DNA of 64,000 nucleotides from Candidatus Latescibacterota bacterium (GCA_965237675.1 OZ250150.1:800001-864000); one strand, 5' to 3'. Shown: positions 38,658-49,619, numbered from the stretch's first letter. The notes: generated by a model not told the origin, from the sequence alone. Numbers and translations are program-made.

Positions 38658-40646
38658 ATGCCGGCAGTAAACATCCCATCCTGTGACGCAATCCTGCAGT
38701 CCGACGACGAATCAATCTACGAGGTTCGTACGCGGGCGCCGGGGCCCGAGGGGCGTTTGACTTCCCTGACGGAAGCGCACGTCATCGAATCGCCCAGCGG
38801 AGATATCTTCGGCTATAGCCAGAACGCGGGTATGGGGTGGAATCCGGCGGAACTGGGGCGGCCCGAGTTCCTGATTTTAAGCACGATGGGCGGAATACGT
38901 GGACCGGAGGGACAACCGGTCGCGCTGGGATATCATACGGGACACTGGGAGGTCGGGCTGCTGATGCAGGAGGCCGCCGAGGAGATTAAACGTCTGGGCG
39001 GCATTCCGTTTGCGGGTTATTGCTCCGACCCCTGCGACGGGCGTACGCAGGGCACCACGGGCATGATGGACAGTCTCGCCTATCGCAACGACGCGGCAAT
39101 GGTGCTCCGTCGGCTGATCCGGTCGCTGCCCACCCGCAAAGGGGTAATTGGCATTGCAACCTGCGACAAGGGATTGCCCGCGATGATGATCGCCCTGGCG
39201 GCGATGCACTCCCTGCCCACGGCGATCGTTCCGGGGGGCGTGACGCTTCCACCCGAAAATGGAGAAGACGCCGGCAAGATACAGTCGGTTGGCGTCAGGC
39301 TGGCGCACGGGGAGATGACGATTTCCGACGTACAGGACCTGGGATGCCGGGCCTGTGCCTCGCCCGGCGGCGGTTGCCAATTCCTGGGCACCGCGGCGAC
39401 TTCCCAGGTGGTGGCGGAAGCGCTCGGATTCGCGCTGACCCATTCGGCCCTGGCGCCGTCCGGTCAGCCGGTCTGGCTGGACATGGCGCTCAGGTCCGCC
39501 CGATCCGTTTTTGCAATGCAGGCGTCCGGCTCTACCACCGCGGACGTGATTACGGATTCCTCGGTTCACAATGCAATGGTGACCCATGCCGCGTTCGGCG
39601 GATCGACAAACCTGCTGTTGCATATTCCGGCGGTGGCGTATGCGGCCGGTCTCACCCGGCCCACGGTGGAAGACTGGAACCACGTGAACCGCCAGGTCCC
39701 CCGTCTGGTTGACGTCTTGCCCAATGGTCCTGAATTCCATCCCACGGTTCGAGCGTTTCTGGCAGGGGGGGTTCCGGAAGTGATGCTGCACCTGCGGAAG
39801 CTCGGGCTGCTGGAAGAAGGTGCGATGACCATTTCGGGCGGAACGCTCGGGGAGAACCTGGACTGGTGGAAGGGGTCCGAACGAAGGGTGCGGTTCCGGG
39901 AGGCATTGCGGACGCGGGACGGAATCGACCCGGATAACGTCATTATGGATGCGGACCGCGCGCGGGCAAGAGGGTTGACCAGTACGGTCTGTTTCCCCAC
40001 GGGAAATATCGCGCCGGAAGGGTCCGTGGTAAAAAGCACGGCAATCGATCCTTCGGTCGTCGACGCGGATGGCGTCTACAGGATGAGCGGTCCGGTGAAG
40101 GTGTTCATCACCGAGCGCGCCGCGGCGGCCGCGCTGAAGGATTCCGGTCCGCAGGGCGTCAAACCGGGCGACGTGATGGTGTTGATCGGGCGTGGCCCGA
40201 TGGGGGCGGGGATGGAGGAGATTGCGCAGATCACGACCGCGCTCAAGTACCTGGACTTCGGCAAACACGTGGCCGTGCTCACGGATGCTCGGTTTTCGGG
40301 GTTCTCCACTGGAGCGTGCATTGGCCACATTGGCCCCGAGGCGCTGGCCGGCGGCCCGATCGGCAAGTTGAAGGACGGAGACATCGTGGAAATCGCGATC
40401 GACCGGAAGGAACTCTCGGGCAGCATCCACTTTGTCGGCGTGGGCGAGACCCGGTTTGGACCTGAAGAGGGTCGTCGGATTCTGGCCGACCGCGCCACGC
40501 GCTCCGATTTGGCGCCCGACCCGGATCTTCCTGACGATACCCGGCTATGGGCGGCCCTTCAGAACGTGGGCGGCGGTACGTGGGGGGGATGCGTCTACGA
40601 CGTGGAGGCGATTGTGAAACGGTTGGACGGCGGTACACCCCCGTGA
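38658..40646 (+). CDS. YjhG/YagF-family D-xylonate dehydratase (IlvD/Edd superfamily)
   Basis: [44 protein letters not shown] motifs. Confidence 0.92.
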   Translation: MPAVNIPSCDAILQSDDESIYEVRTRAPGPEGRLTSLTEAHVIESPSGDIFGYSQNAGMGWNPAELGRPEFLILSTMGGIRGPEGQPVALGYHTGHWEVGLLMQEAAEEIKRLGGIPFAGYCSDPCDGRTQGTTGMMDSLAYRNDAAMVLRRLIRSLPTRKGVIGIATCDKGLPAMMIALAAMHSLPTAIVPGGVTLPPENGEDAGKIQSVGVRLAHGEMTISDVQDLGCRACASPGGGCQFLGTAATSQVVAEALGFALTHSALAPSGQPVWLDMALRSARSVFAMQASGSTTADVITDSSVHNAMVTHAAFGGSTNLLLHIPAVAYAAGLTRPTVEDWNHVNRQVPRLVDVLPNGPEFHPTVRAFLAGGVPEVMLHLRKLGLLEEGAMTISGGTLGENLDWWKGSERRVRFREALRTRDGIDPDNVIMDADRARARGLTSTVCFPTGNIAPEGSVVKSTAIDPSVVDADGVYRMSGPVKVFITERAAAAALKDSGPQGVKPGDVMVLIGRGPMGAGMEEIAQITTALKYLDFGKHVAVLTDARFSGFSTGACIGHIGPEALAGGPIGKLKDGDIVEIAIDRKELSGSIHFVGVGETRFGPEEGRRILADRATRSDLAPDPDLPDDTRLWAALQNVGGGTWGGCVYDVEAIVKRLDGGTPP

Positions 40647-41407
40647 GTCATTTCAACCGATCTGCATCCGAAATCTGGCGCCCGCCGCCTGAACATCCGG
40701 TGGTATCGGACGACGAGATTCAGGTCTGGCGCATGAATCTGGACCGGCCGGCATCAGAGATTCGCGAGATGCAGGACGTGCTTTCCGAAGACGAGAACAC
40801 GCGCGCCGCCCGGCTTGTCTTTGACAGACACCGGGCGCGTTTTATTGCGGGCCGGGCGTCCCTCAGGAGGATTCTGGGTCGGTACGTGGGCCTGGCACCG
40901 GACCGGCTGGAATTCGGCTACGAATCCCGGGGTAAGCCGTTTTTGAAGAGGGGTTCGGATGGGGACGCCGTGCGCTTCAACCTCTCCCACACCGGCGAAC
41001 TCGCCCTCCTTGCGGTGGTCAGGACGCGGGAAATCGGGGTGGACGTGGAACGCATCCGGGCGGTCAAAGAACACCTTCGGTTGGCGGGACGTTATTTTTC
41101 GCCCGGTGAAGTCACCGCGATCCGGGAATTGCCCCGGGAGGTTCAATACGAGGCGTTTTTCAATTGTTGGACCCGTAAAGAGGCGTATATCAAAGCATCG
41201 GGAACCGGGCTTGCGTGCCCGCTGGATGGATTCGAAGTCTCTCTGGCGCCCGGAGCACCGGCAGCCATGCTGCATATCAACGAGAATCCAGCGGCTTCGT
41301 CAGAGTGGTTTTTACAGGCGCTGGAGCCCGGGAACGGCTTTGTGGGGGCCGTCGCGTTGAAGGGACAGGGTTACCGGGTGACCTGCTGGGAGTGGCGGGC
41401 CGGTTGA
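40643..41407 (+). CDS. Sfp-type 4'-phosphopantetheinyl transferase
   Basis: [24 protein letters not shown]; GTGA start/stop overlap with the upstream gene. Confidence 0.92.
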   Translation: MSHFNRSASEIWRPPPEHPVVSDDEIQVWRMNLDRPASEIREMQDVLSEDENTRAARLVFDRHRARFIAGRASLRRILGRYVGLAPDRLEFGYESRGKPFLKRGSDGDAVRFNLSHTGELALLAVVRTREIGVDVERIRAVKEHLRLAGRYFSPGEVTAIRELPREVQYEAFFNCWTRKEAYIKASGTGLACPLDGFEVSLAPGAPAAMLHINENPAASSEWFLQALEPGNGFVGAVALKGQGYRVTCWEWRAG

Positions 41408-41446
41408 ACCCGGTAGGCCAAGCCCTGACGTATCATTACGTTCTTT

Positions 41447-42436
41447 TCATTCCCCGGGAGCGCCGCCAGAGTGCTCCCGGATTTCTTTGTACGCTTCCGT
41501 GGCCGACTGGGGTTGCTGGTAGTCCGCGGCCCATTCGCGCTCTTCAGCGGGCATTTTTCCGATGGTGCGCGCCATCTGGCGGATGTGGGAACCCTCGCAT
41601 CCGCAGCATCAGCCGATAAAATTCACGCCGAGGTCCAGGGCTTTTTTTGCGAAATCGCCCATTTCGTAGCGCGTGATCTTGGATGGGTCGAGTTTGTCCG
41701 GAAAGCCGGGCTGACCGGTGAAGAAGGGCACTTCGGGCGTGCATCGATAGGCCACCGGCTGGGCGGCCACGTGGCACGTTACCGCCGCCCGCATCTTTTC
41801 GATGGCGGGGAGCATGAAAGTCGGATCCTGCCAGCAATTGGCGCCCACGATGTCGGCGCCCGCGCCTTCCAGCATCCGCGCGGCCTCTCCGGGGGTCTTT
41901 CCGTCCCGCGTTTCCGGGCCTTCAAACGCCAGCGTAATCATGGCGGGAAGGCCGGTTTCTTTTGCGCGTTCGAGGGCGATGAGGGCTTCCCCCACGTAGA
42001 GGAACGTCTCTCCGATGATGAAGTCGACGCCCTCGGCCATCTGGTAGCCGAGTTGAGCATCGAAAAGGCGGCGGCATTCGTCCTCCGATTCGGGATACTT
42101 CCACGTCAGACAGATATTCCCCGCAACCAGGGCCCTGTCGCCGGCGGCCTCGCGAGCGATTCTGACGGCCGCCCGGTTGATTTCCTCCAGCCTGCCGGCA
42201 CAGCCGATTTGCGCCAGCTTGTTTTCGCTGGCGTAAAACGCGAGCACCTGCAGGACTTCCGCCCCCGCGTGGAGGAATTCCTCGTGCAGGGCCAGGAGCG
42301 CGTTGGGGTTTTCAATCGTGACTTCCGGCGTGAACGGGCCGGCCTGGACGTAACCCCGATTCTCCAGCGCGAGCAAATATCCCCCGTCGCCAATCACCAC
42401 ACCCGCCTCCAGTTGTTCCAGTATCGACTCGGACAT
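41447..42436 (-). CDS. Homocysteine S-methyltransferase (BHMT-like) with in-frame TGA at codon 276; candidate selenoprotein, 329 aa
   Basis: IGDGG, LHEEFLHAGA, GETF, VGANC, then GVNFIG-TGA-CCGCEGSHIRQMARTIGK; frame continues 53 codons to a TGA at 41449-41447. Confidence 0.85.
41576..41606 (-). promoter_or_regulatory. Candidate bacterial SECIS hairpin just 3' of the in-frame UGA
   Basis: mRNA UGA-UG-CUGCGGAUG-CGAGGGUUCCCA-CAUCCGC(C)AG: perfect 7-bp GC-rich stem extendable to 9 bp, with GGUU in the apical part about 16 nt from the UGA. Confidence 0.55.
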
Positions 42437-42523
42437 CGGAATTTCTCCCGTATGGTTGGAGATGGAACCCAAATACACGGGCAACCCTAATGGTTGCGCT
42501 TGTTTCTTTCGCGGTCAGCGTGT

Positions 42524-43732
42524 TCATGTTTGGATCCAGTGCTCCACCGGTTTCGAGAGGAACTCGTCGACGGCAATGCCGTCGCCCCCTACAAGCAGGC
42601 TGCGGGTCGGGCGGAACGCCTCGGCGAAGGCGGCCATTCCCGGCGGGGTCCGGCGGGTTCGCTCGCTCTTGACTTCAATCGCAGTGACCGACCGTCCCGC
42701 GCGCACCACGAAATCCACCTCACGGTGGCGGTCGCGCCAGTAAAAGACCTCGCACGAGCCGCAGGCGGCGGCATTCACCAGATGGGCCCCAACCGCCGAC
42801 TCAACCAGCCGTCCCCAGAAATCGTGGTCGGCTCGCGCCTGGGCCAGGGTGAGGCCCGATCCGGCGGTCATCAGGGCGGTGTTGAAGACTTGCAACTTCG
42901 GGCTGGAACTCCGACGCCGCACTGCCGCTCCGGCGTACTTCTGCAATCCCCTCAGCATCCCCGCAACCGCCAGCAGATCGAGATAATGGGCCAGCGTCGT
43001 GGAGTTGCCGGCGTCGTGGAGTTGGCCCAGCATCTTCGTATAGGAGAGGATCTGACCGGAATAGGCACAGCCCAATTCGAACAAACGGCGCAACAGGGCC
43101 GGTTTGTCCACGCGTGAAAGCAGCAGGACGTCGCGGGAAATCGTGGTTTCGATGAGTGAGTCCCTGATGTAGCGGGACCACCGGGCCGGTTGCCGCGCCA
43201 GCGGCGCCGCGCCGGGATAGGCGCCGTAGAACAGGAACTGCTCCAGCGACCAACCGAAAGCGGTCTGCATTTCCAGAAAGCTCCAGTGGGGCACGTGCAG
43301 CAGTTCGAAACGCCCGGCGAGGCTCTCAGTGAGTCCCCTACCGATCAAGAGTTGTGCAGAACCTGACAGCACCACCTTGAGCTGTCGCCGGCTCGTCGTA
43401 TCCTCGTCCCACAGGCGCTTGACCACCTCCGACCAGTTCGGCGCCTTTTGCACCTCGTCCAGGATGAGAAGCGCACCATCGTCCCCCCCATCGCCAGCGA
43501 GGAGCCGCGCGGCGTCCCACTGCTGAGCAATCCATCCCGGGCCGCGCAACGTCGGCTCGTCGGCACTGGCGTAGCGATACGACAATCCGGACTTCTCCGC
43601 GGCCTGTGTGATCAGGGTCGTCTTGCCCACCTGCCTCGCCCCGGTGACGACCTGAATAAAACGGCGCGGCTCATACAGACGACGCAGCAGATCCGCAGCG
43701 TGAGGACGCGTATATGACAAATTACTCATCAT
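42524..43732 (-). CDS. AAA_14 + DUF4143 family ATPase
   Basis: GARQVGKTT, LDEVQK, ESLAGRF, C-terminal YWRD..EVDFV...IEVKS. Confidence 0.9.
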   Translation of the reverse strand: MMSNLSYTRPHAADLLRRLYEPRRFIQVVTGARQVGKTTLITQAAEKSGLSYRYASADEPTLRGPGWIAQQWDAARLLAGDGGDDGALLILDEVQKAPNWSEVVKRLWDEDTTSRRQLKVVLSGSAQLLIGRGLTESLAGRFELLHVPHWSFLEMQTAFGWSLEQFLFYGAYPGAAPLARQPARWSRYIRDSLIETTISRDVLLLSRVDKPALLRRLFELGCAYSGQILSYTKMLGQLHDAGNSTTLAHYLDLLAVAGMLRGLQKYAGAAVRRRSSSPKLQVFNTALMTAGSGLTLAQARADHDFWGRLVESAVGAHLVNAAACGSCEVFYWRDRHREVDFVVRAGRSVTAIEVKSERTRRTPPGMAAFAEAFRPTRSLLVGGDGIAVDEFLSKPVEHWIQT

Positions 43733-43762
43733 AATGAGTAATAATACTCAATACAATGAGTA
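43723..43762. promoter_or_regulatory. Tandem palindromic operators over the ATPase start codon
   Basis: Two TACTCA-N6-TGAGTA dyads (43723-43740 and 43745-43762) with 22-bp period. Confidence 0.7.
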
Positions 43763-43849
43763 GATGGTAGTGATTTTTTTTGTCTTATTGGGATGATGGT
43801 GTGGATTGAGGGTTGTAGGAGGCCTTGGCCAAAGAAAGAGCTCCGAGCC

Positions 43850-44614
43850 TCATGCAGCCAGTTCTACTCTCGCCTCTTCACGCCGGCTCCACACTACCGG
43901 TCTGACGTCGTAGCTCCGTAGCGCGGCCATCACGGTCTGATCTACCTTTCGTTCCGAATCATTCAGCAATGCGTACACACGCGATCCCGGCGTGCGGACC
44001 TCCTTTGTGTCGATCCATGAGAGTACCATCGCTTGAGCGGTCGAGCGACTCGGTCGATTGACGGTCTGTAGAATGCGTTCAGGTTGCTGCCGGGACTTTG
44101 GAATTACGAAATGAAAGAGATGGTCGTACCCGGTCCTTCCGGTAAACTTCACCTTCGGGGTGTGGCGAATATCTTGAAGATCAAGCCACGCAACGACATC
44201 TTCGTAAAAGATGTTCGCCACCGTGGGCGCCGCCATGTAGAACATATCGTTGACGGCAAGCATCGCCTGCAAGAGATTGTGTTTGCGCATCGCGAAGTTT
44301 TCGGCCGATGCGAGGATCTGTAACTCGCGACCATTCTGGTCAACACCAAAACCATTTAACGTCATCTTGAGCAGATCATGACGTTTAGGGCTGTCAAGAT
44401 TGCAACCACTCTGCGCAAGGTCCTCAATGGTATATCCATCATCGGTTAAGACGAACCCACCGTTGGATTCCTTTGCATATATCTGCAAATAGTCGTTGTG
44501 TCGATCCAGATATGGCGTGGTGATCTCGACCCACTTGTCGATTTGGTTCAGGACTGTTTTGTCCTTGAGCCAGTCATAATAATTATCGATGAGAATCTGA
44601 ATTTCTCTAATCAT
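43850..44614 (-). CDS. DUF1828/DUF1829-like protein
   Basis: [40 protein letters not shown]; ATGA overlap with the upstream gene. Confidence 0.8.
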   Translation of the reverse strand: MIREIQILIDNYYDWLKDKTVLNQIDKWVEITTPYLDRHNDYLQIYAKESNGGFVLTDDGYTIEDLAQSGCNLDSPKRHDLLKMTLNGFGVDQNGRELQILASAENFAMRKHNLLQAMLAVNDMFYMAAPTVANIFYEDVVAWLDLQDIRHTPKVKFTGRTGYDHLFHFVIPKSRQQPERILQTVNRPSRSTAQAMVLSWIDTKEVRTPGSRVYALLNDSERKVDQTVMAALRSYDVRPVVWSRREEARVELAA

Positions 44615-45060
44615 GTGAAAAGCTCCCGTAAGACATTTGGCGGTCGCGTGACGTTGCAGAACTGCAGGAATTCTTCGAACATCCCCCACACATCACCGAC
44701 TGTACGGAACCCGTCCGACGGGACACCTACGGCCCACTTGTCGCCGAAGCCTTCTCGGTAAATGTGGAGGTGCGGTACGGGTATTTCCTCGCCATCCGGA
44801 TTTCGATGTGGCGCACCACCTAGGTCCAGACGAACCAGCACGACGACTTGCCGCCCGCGAGTCTGCATTTTGACTTTTGAGAGATTTATGCTTGCTCGAC
44901 TCAAGTCGAGCAGAAACTGCTCTCGTCTGTCGACCGACTGAAGTGGGACGGCAACTGACTCGCCCCCCATAGGGAAGTTAGCCTGATCATCATTTACCCG
45001 ATTTTTTTCCATTTCTATCAAAGCGTCTGCTTCTGCTTGAGTTAGGTCGAGGTCTGCCAT
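44611..45060 (-). CDS. DUF6978-like protein
   Basis: [38 protein letters not shown] motifs. Confidence 0.75.
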   Translation of the reverse strand: MADLDLTQAEADALIEMEKNRVNDDQANFPMGGESVAVPLQSVDRREQFLLDLSRASINLSKVKMQTRGRQVVVLVRLDLGGAPHRNPDGEEIPVPHLHIYREGFGDKWAVGVPSDGFRTVGDVWGMFEEFLQFCNVTRPPNVLRELFT

Positions 45061-45152
45061 TCGAATCTCAATTGTTGGTTGGATTTCAACTAATTTTCAG
45101 CACAATGACTGCGACATCCAAAAGCAGTCTTTGTCAGTGAACGCTGACCGGC

Positions 45153-46042
45153 TTACCCGGTGGACGAATCACCAACACTGTCCACTTCGACATCCCGAAT
45201 TTCTTTCAACGTCCTCCCATCCGCGTCCTTCCAAGCCGTGAGGCCATTCATCGGGGCTCCCAAGAGGACGCTGGCCGCCTTTGATGGTGAACTGAAGGGG
45301 TAGTCTTGAACGACCCTGTACTTGGTGCCTGTATCTTCGAAAATCCCCTTCTTGAAGAGTATGTTGCGCAGGTCTGATATAGAGGAAGAGATTGAAGCGA
45401 CCTGTTCCTTGACCGCTTCCGAATCGGTACATACGACGAAACCGCTTGACGCTTCATAACCGCGTGCCTCTATACCCTTTGCGTTCAGCAGCAGATCTCG
45501 GCTTGTTCCCGCCTCACCTCGCGGCTTATCAAAAAAGTTCACGCCTACAACCGGAAGACATAGTAACATGTCGGCTAAATACAACTCCGCGTCCACTTTG
45601 TCCGCGGGCGACAGCGACGGCGTTCGCGGGACATTGCCATTCGTCAATTCGCAGCGTTTTGCATGGTCTGCGAGTTTCACCAGCCGCGCTTCGAGATACT
45701 TCGCGTGAGCTTTATTCAAGCTCTGGTCCTTGCTCAGGAACGCGATTACGTGCGTCCAGAAATCCTTATTCTTGGCGTGGTGCTCCAGCCTTCGTGACAA
45801 CATTCTGCAACTGCCTCACCCACATAAGCCAGTGGTAGCTGCCCCAATTCGCCAGGTTCCCAGAGAACGTACACGCCAGTGTGATTGAGTACTTCCTTAG
45901 CGCGAACGTTGCTAAAAAGCGACCGGGGAAAAACGATACCCTGCCCAGTCCAATTCGATTTCTCGACGACACGCAAGCCTTCCGGCTCGCCGGACGGCAC
46001 GAAGATTCTAACCGAGAATCCCAATGGTTCAGTCACAATCAC
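45153..46042 (-). pseudogene. GIY-YIG + DUF4357 nuclease gene split by a frameshift near 45805
   Basis: ORF 46042-45746 carries GVYVL...YVGEA; the overlapping frame 45803-45153 continues RRLEHHAKNKDFW...FSSPSKAA..NGLTAWK. Confidence 0.8.
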
Positions 46043-46150
46043 GCTCCAATTCAGGTAGTTTCGCGCTTGGAAGCTTTCTCTCGGTGGGATGCGGCATTCG
46101 GCAAGACATGAGCAAGATCGCGCTGCGTGTTTCGATGAAATGGCAATTAT

Positions 46151-47542
46151 TCACCTTTCGGAGGCGGCGTCGAGATCGCGAAGCAATTCCTCGACGTGAG
46201 TCACTAGGTCTTCATTGTCGCTTTTCCGCGCGAGATCCAAGGCGGTTTCCAAGTCGATCCGGCCCTCGCTCTTGAGACCCAACTCTACCTTTGAAACGCC
46301 TCTGTTGGCGTATGCTTCGCTGAAATCTGGGCGCAGGCGGATCGCCTCGTCAAAATTGCTGACGGCCTCTTCGTAGCGCCCCATTGTGAGCATTGTAGTG
46401 CCAAGATTGTAAATGGCTTTGACGTAATCCGCTTTCAGCCGGACGGCCTCGCTGAAATCGTCGATTGCCTCATCGAAATGCTTTAATGCAACCCTAGTAG
46501 TTCCCCGATTGTAGAACGCTTCTGCATAGTCCGGTTTCAGGCGGATGGCCTGATTGCAGTCAGCGATAGACTCATCGTAGAGTTCCATAGCAAGCCTGGC
46601 TGAAGCTCGGCCATTGTATGCTTCTGCAAAGTTCTGTTGCAAACGGATTGCTTCATCATAGTCCGCAATAGCGTCCTTGTACCGGTTGAATTGTTGCTTC
46701 GCGGTGCCTCGGTTGACAAAGGCTTCGGCTAAGTCCGGCTTCAAGTGGATTGCTCGGTCGTTGGCCGAGATGCTAGCCTTGGGGTCGACGTAAAGGAACA
46801 AATATCCAACAGAAAACCACGCTCTCGCAGCGAGAAAGTTATCGGCATCTTCCGCGACGTGAGCGATTGCACGCCACTTTTCGATAGCATCATTTCTCTT
46901 GCCCTGCCGTTGAAGAGAGACTGCCTGGGCAACAGCTTTGTCAAGCAGCGATGCGCTTGGGTCGTTCTGCACATTTCTGACAGCTTGTCCCACTTTGTCT
47001 GGATCATCGGCGACAAGCTTAGCGTTCATCCTCTGGATAATCTCGTCCGATTTTTCGCGGATATTTGCAATCTCTCCCAAGTGACCTTCAGCGGCCTCCT
47101 CCAGTTCCGCAACCCGCTGAATGCTGTTCCTAGCCTCGGTCTCGATTTCCCTGAATCGCCTGAAGCCCATGATTCCGGCGATTGCTACTACGACACCGAA
47201 AAAAGTAAGTACAATGCCAATAACAACTAGCCACCAGTTGACGACTCTTGCACGGTCATCCAGAATTTCTCTACGGAGTTCGTTAAAACGACGTTGGATT
47301 TCGACATCGACTGTAGCCGGAATACTTATTTTTCGGGGTGGAACGATTTTTGTGTGGGTTCTCGAATCGGTGCTATCTGATACGACCACAAGACTCGCTG
47401 CAATTGTCGCTTTTCTCGACAGCCCTCGCCGGTCTTCAAGCAATGGTTCTGTCGTCTGCGCGAACGAAACCAATGGGGCGGACACAATCGTTGCTACAGC
47501 GATCCACCGTTGCCCAACCAAAGCTCCCAGCAACCGAATCAT
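46151..47542 (-). CDS. Membrane-anchored TPR-repeat protein
   Basis: Hydrophobic WWLVVIGIVLTFFGVVVAIAGI helix and about six AEAxxNRG-type TPR units. Confidence 0.85.
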   Translation of the reverse strand: MIRLLGALVGQRWIAVATIVSAPLVSFAQTTEPLLEDRRGLSRKATIAASLVVVSDSTDSRTHTKIVPPRKISIPATVDVEIQRRFNELRREILDDRARVVNWWLVVIGIVLTFFGVVVAIAGIMGFRRFREIETEARNSIQRVAELEEAAEGHLGEIANIREKSDEIIQRMNAKLVADDPDKVGQAVRNVQNDPSASLLDKAVAQAVSLQRQGKRNDAIEKWRAIAHVAEDADNFLAARAWFSVGYLFLYVDPKASISANDRAIHLKPDLAEAFVNRGTAKQQFNRYKDAIADYDEAIRLQQNFAEAYNGRASARLAMELYDESIADCNQAIRLKPDYAEAFYNRGTTRVALKHFDEAIDDFSEAVRLKADYVKAIYNLGTTMLTMGRYEEAVSNFDEAIRLRPDFSEAYANRGVSKVELGLKSEGRIDLETALDLARKSDNEDLVTHVEELLRDLDAASER

Positions 47543-47858
47543 CCGGCGATCCTTATGGATGTTTGTATATGTTATTCCACATCTACTCGCGACTACTCGA
47601 TAAAACCCGTTACGGCATTATTCCATTACCCGATTCGGATATTACATCCGCGAGTTGCGTCAAGGTTCGCACATTGGCGTTAAAATCGTTCGCGGGAAAC
47701 GTCGGACATACAACGACCGTCGCAACCTACGATCAATTACGTGACGACATCGAAATAGTGTTTCTTCTGGGTGCAATACGGCTAAGATCGGTCTGTGGGT
47801 GTATTTCCGACCCTTTACCCCATGGTAATTTGGGCTTTGGTTGTGGATCGTATAGGCA

Positions 47859-49619
47859 TCACAATCCCCGGCCTCGGACAACTCTCGACACGAATCTTTC
47901 GAAGTTCTCAAGCGATTGCGTACACTCCGAGTGGGTGGCACCGAAAATGCCGCATTTTACGTACGCGGATGCATCCTCTAACTGAGATACAGAATTCGTG
48001 ATTTCTGTCATTATACGTTGCATAGTCTGAGAGCGAAGGAAAAAGGCACCCGGTGGAAACCAATCAATTGAAAATTTCGTACGATAACCGAACCCCAGAG
48101 CAATCAGAATCTCAAACTTATCAAAGACGAATGTGTATTTCTGTTCGTCCGTTATGAGATTGTTCAGAGGCTGTCGTAGTGCATCGTGGATCCACTCGCT
48201 CAAGGGTTCAACGCTCTCTTCCATCCCATCCAATAGGCGACCCCACGGAAACCTCGCGGTCACCTCTATATCAAATAGGGCAGTGATGACGTTCTCTGGC
48301 TGATATCCTGTAGGTCCATAATTGACAGGTGTACTCAAGATGCGATTTAAGAGGCGTAAATTTCCAGATTCGACCACACCAAGTCCGAATGCATAAAGGA
48401 GCAATCTTGCGGGGTATGTTTTTACGGGAAACCAGGAGGTCCCTTTACCAAGAGACGCTGCTGACAATCGCTGTATTGCCCTCTCCCACGCCGTGAGATT
48501 GTCGTCTTCACCCCAGTAACCGCCAACAGATGCAATCGCCAGAAGTGTTGAACACTTAGACTCGTACGCGCGAAGACGGGCCGTAACCAATCCTCGATTT
48601 GGCTGTTGCGTTACCAACTCCTTGGAGTCTTCTCTGGAAGTTGCATTTAGCACTTGATTCACTGCCACATCGACAAGGTCTACAAGCCGTATTCTGTGTT
48701 CGGGAGATGACAAGTAACGCTTCAAACTCCCGACGGCCACTTCCGTAGAAAGCGGGTGCGGCTTTGAAAACTCCTCAATCGACTCGACGTTTTCGTGGAT
48801 GTCATCGAAGAATGTCTCGGCGTCCTCAATACGAACGAGTTGGGCTTTTCGATGTTCTATGAGCCGCTGGGCTATCTCGCCTGCATTGCCCCTCACCGCC
48901 CAGTATGTCGTGAAACGTCGCGAGGACGCACGGAACAATGCGTTTCGCAATGCGCCGTCCCATTCAGCCGACCACCCGCAGACGATCAGGCCGAACTCAT
49001 CGAAGATCTGGTCCAAGAGTTTATGGTACTCGGGCGGATACTCATCAAGTTCGGCCGGGGTATTTTTAATACGGGTATCGAGATAATCTCCATTTACCTT
49101 GAAGACGCAACACTGCGTGTGAATCAAGGGAAGTGCGCCCTTAACTTGATCTACAGAACTCAGGATAATCGGTACAACCCCTTCATCAATCAGGGCGGTT
49201 TCTACGAGACGGTCAAAATTAGTGGTGATAATGACCTTAATGAAACCTTGCGCGGCCAATGCGGCGATGGCGCGGTGGGCCGCGGTCGGCGCTTTCACGC
49301 CTTCCTCGCGCTCCTCGTCGGTTGGTTCAAAATAAGGCCGAAGCAACTGTTGCCGCTCGGCCTGGGTTGTGGCAAGTTCGTCGAGAAGATCGGAGTATGA
49401 GACCTCTTTCTCGAATTTCTCCAAATACCAGCGTTCTGGATTGGATTCGCACGTTTCGCCGCTGAGACTCGCCAGTTTACGAATCAAATCAAGCGTTATC
49501 TCCCAACCCGTGGAAATCTTTGCCGCCCGGGATACGCCTGAGCCCACAAGAACAGCGTAAACCCCAGGATTTGCTTGGATAGAAAATGCCAGTGAGTGGA
49601 CAGGATCGATTGACCTCAT
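47859..49619 (-). CDS. SIR2-like (SIR2_2) domain protein
   Basis: VLVGSGVS, IITTNFD, FKVNGD, GLIVCGWS; start reassigned to MRSIDP (ATGA overlap, GAGGGGG RBS). Confidence 0.85.
   Translation of the reverse strand: MRSIDPVHSLAFSIQANPGVYAVLVGSGVSRAAKISTGWEITLDLIRKLASLSGETCESNPERWYLEKFEKEVSYSDLLDELATTQAERQQLLRPYFEPTDEEREEGVKAPTAAHRAIAALAAQGFIKVIITTNFDRLVETALIDEGVVPIILSSVDQVKGALPLIHTQCCVFKVNGDYLDTRIKNTPAELDEYPPEYHKLLDQIFDEFGLIVCGWSAEWDGALRNALFRASSRRFTTYWAVRGNAGEIAQRLIEHRKAQLVRIEDAETFFDDIHENVESIEEFSKPHPLSTEVAVGSLKRYLSSPEHRIRLVDLVDVAVNQVLNATSREDSKELVTQQPNRGLVTARLRAYESKCSTLLAIASVGGYWGEDDNLTAWERAIQRLSAASLGKGTSWFPVKTYPARLLLYAFGLGVVESGNLRLLNRILSTPVNYGPTGYQPENVITALFDIEVTARFPWGRLLDGMEESVEPLSEWIHDALRQPLNNLITDEQKYTFVFDKFEILIALGFGYRTKFSIDWFPPGAFFLRSQTMQRIMTEITNSVSQLEDASAYVKCGIFGATHSECTQSLENFERFVSRVVRGRGL

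Noticed and set aside
40643-41407. Secondary-metabolite gene cluster around the Sfp PPTase
   Set aside because: No PKS, NRPS, ACP or precursor-peptide genes in the window.
41609-41611. Genome-wide UGA reassignment (genetic code 4 or 25) as the cause of the in-frame TGA
   Set aside because: Many genes here end at TGA at their expected C-termini (tig, purA, Fic) and ATGA overlaps are used.
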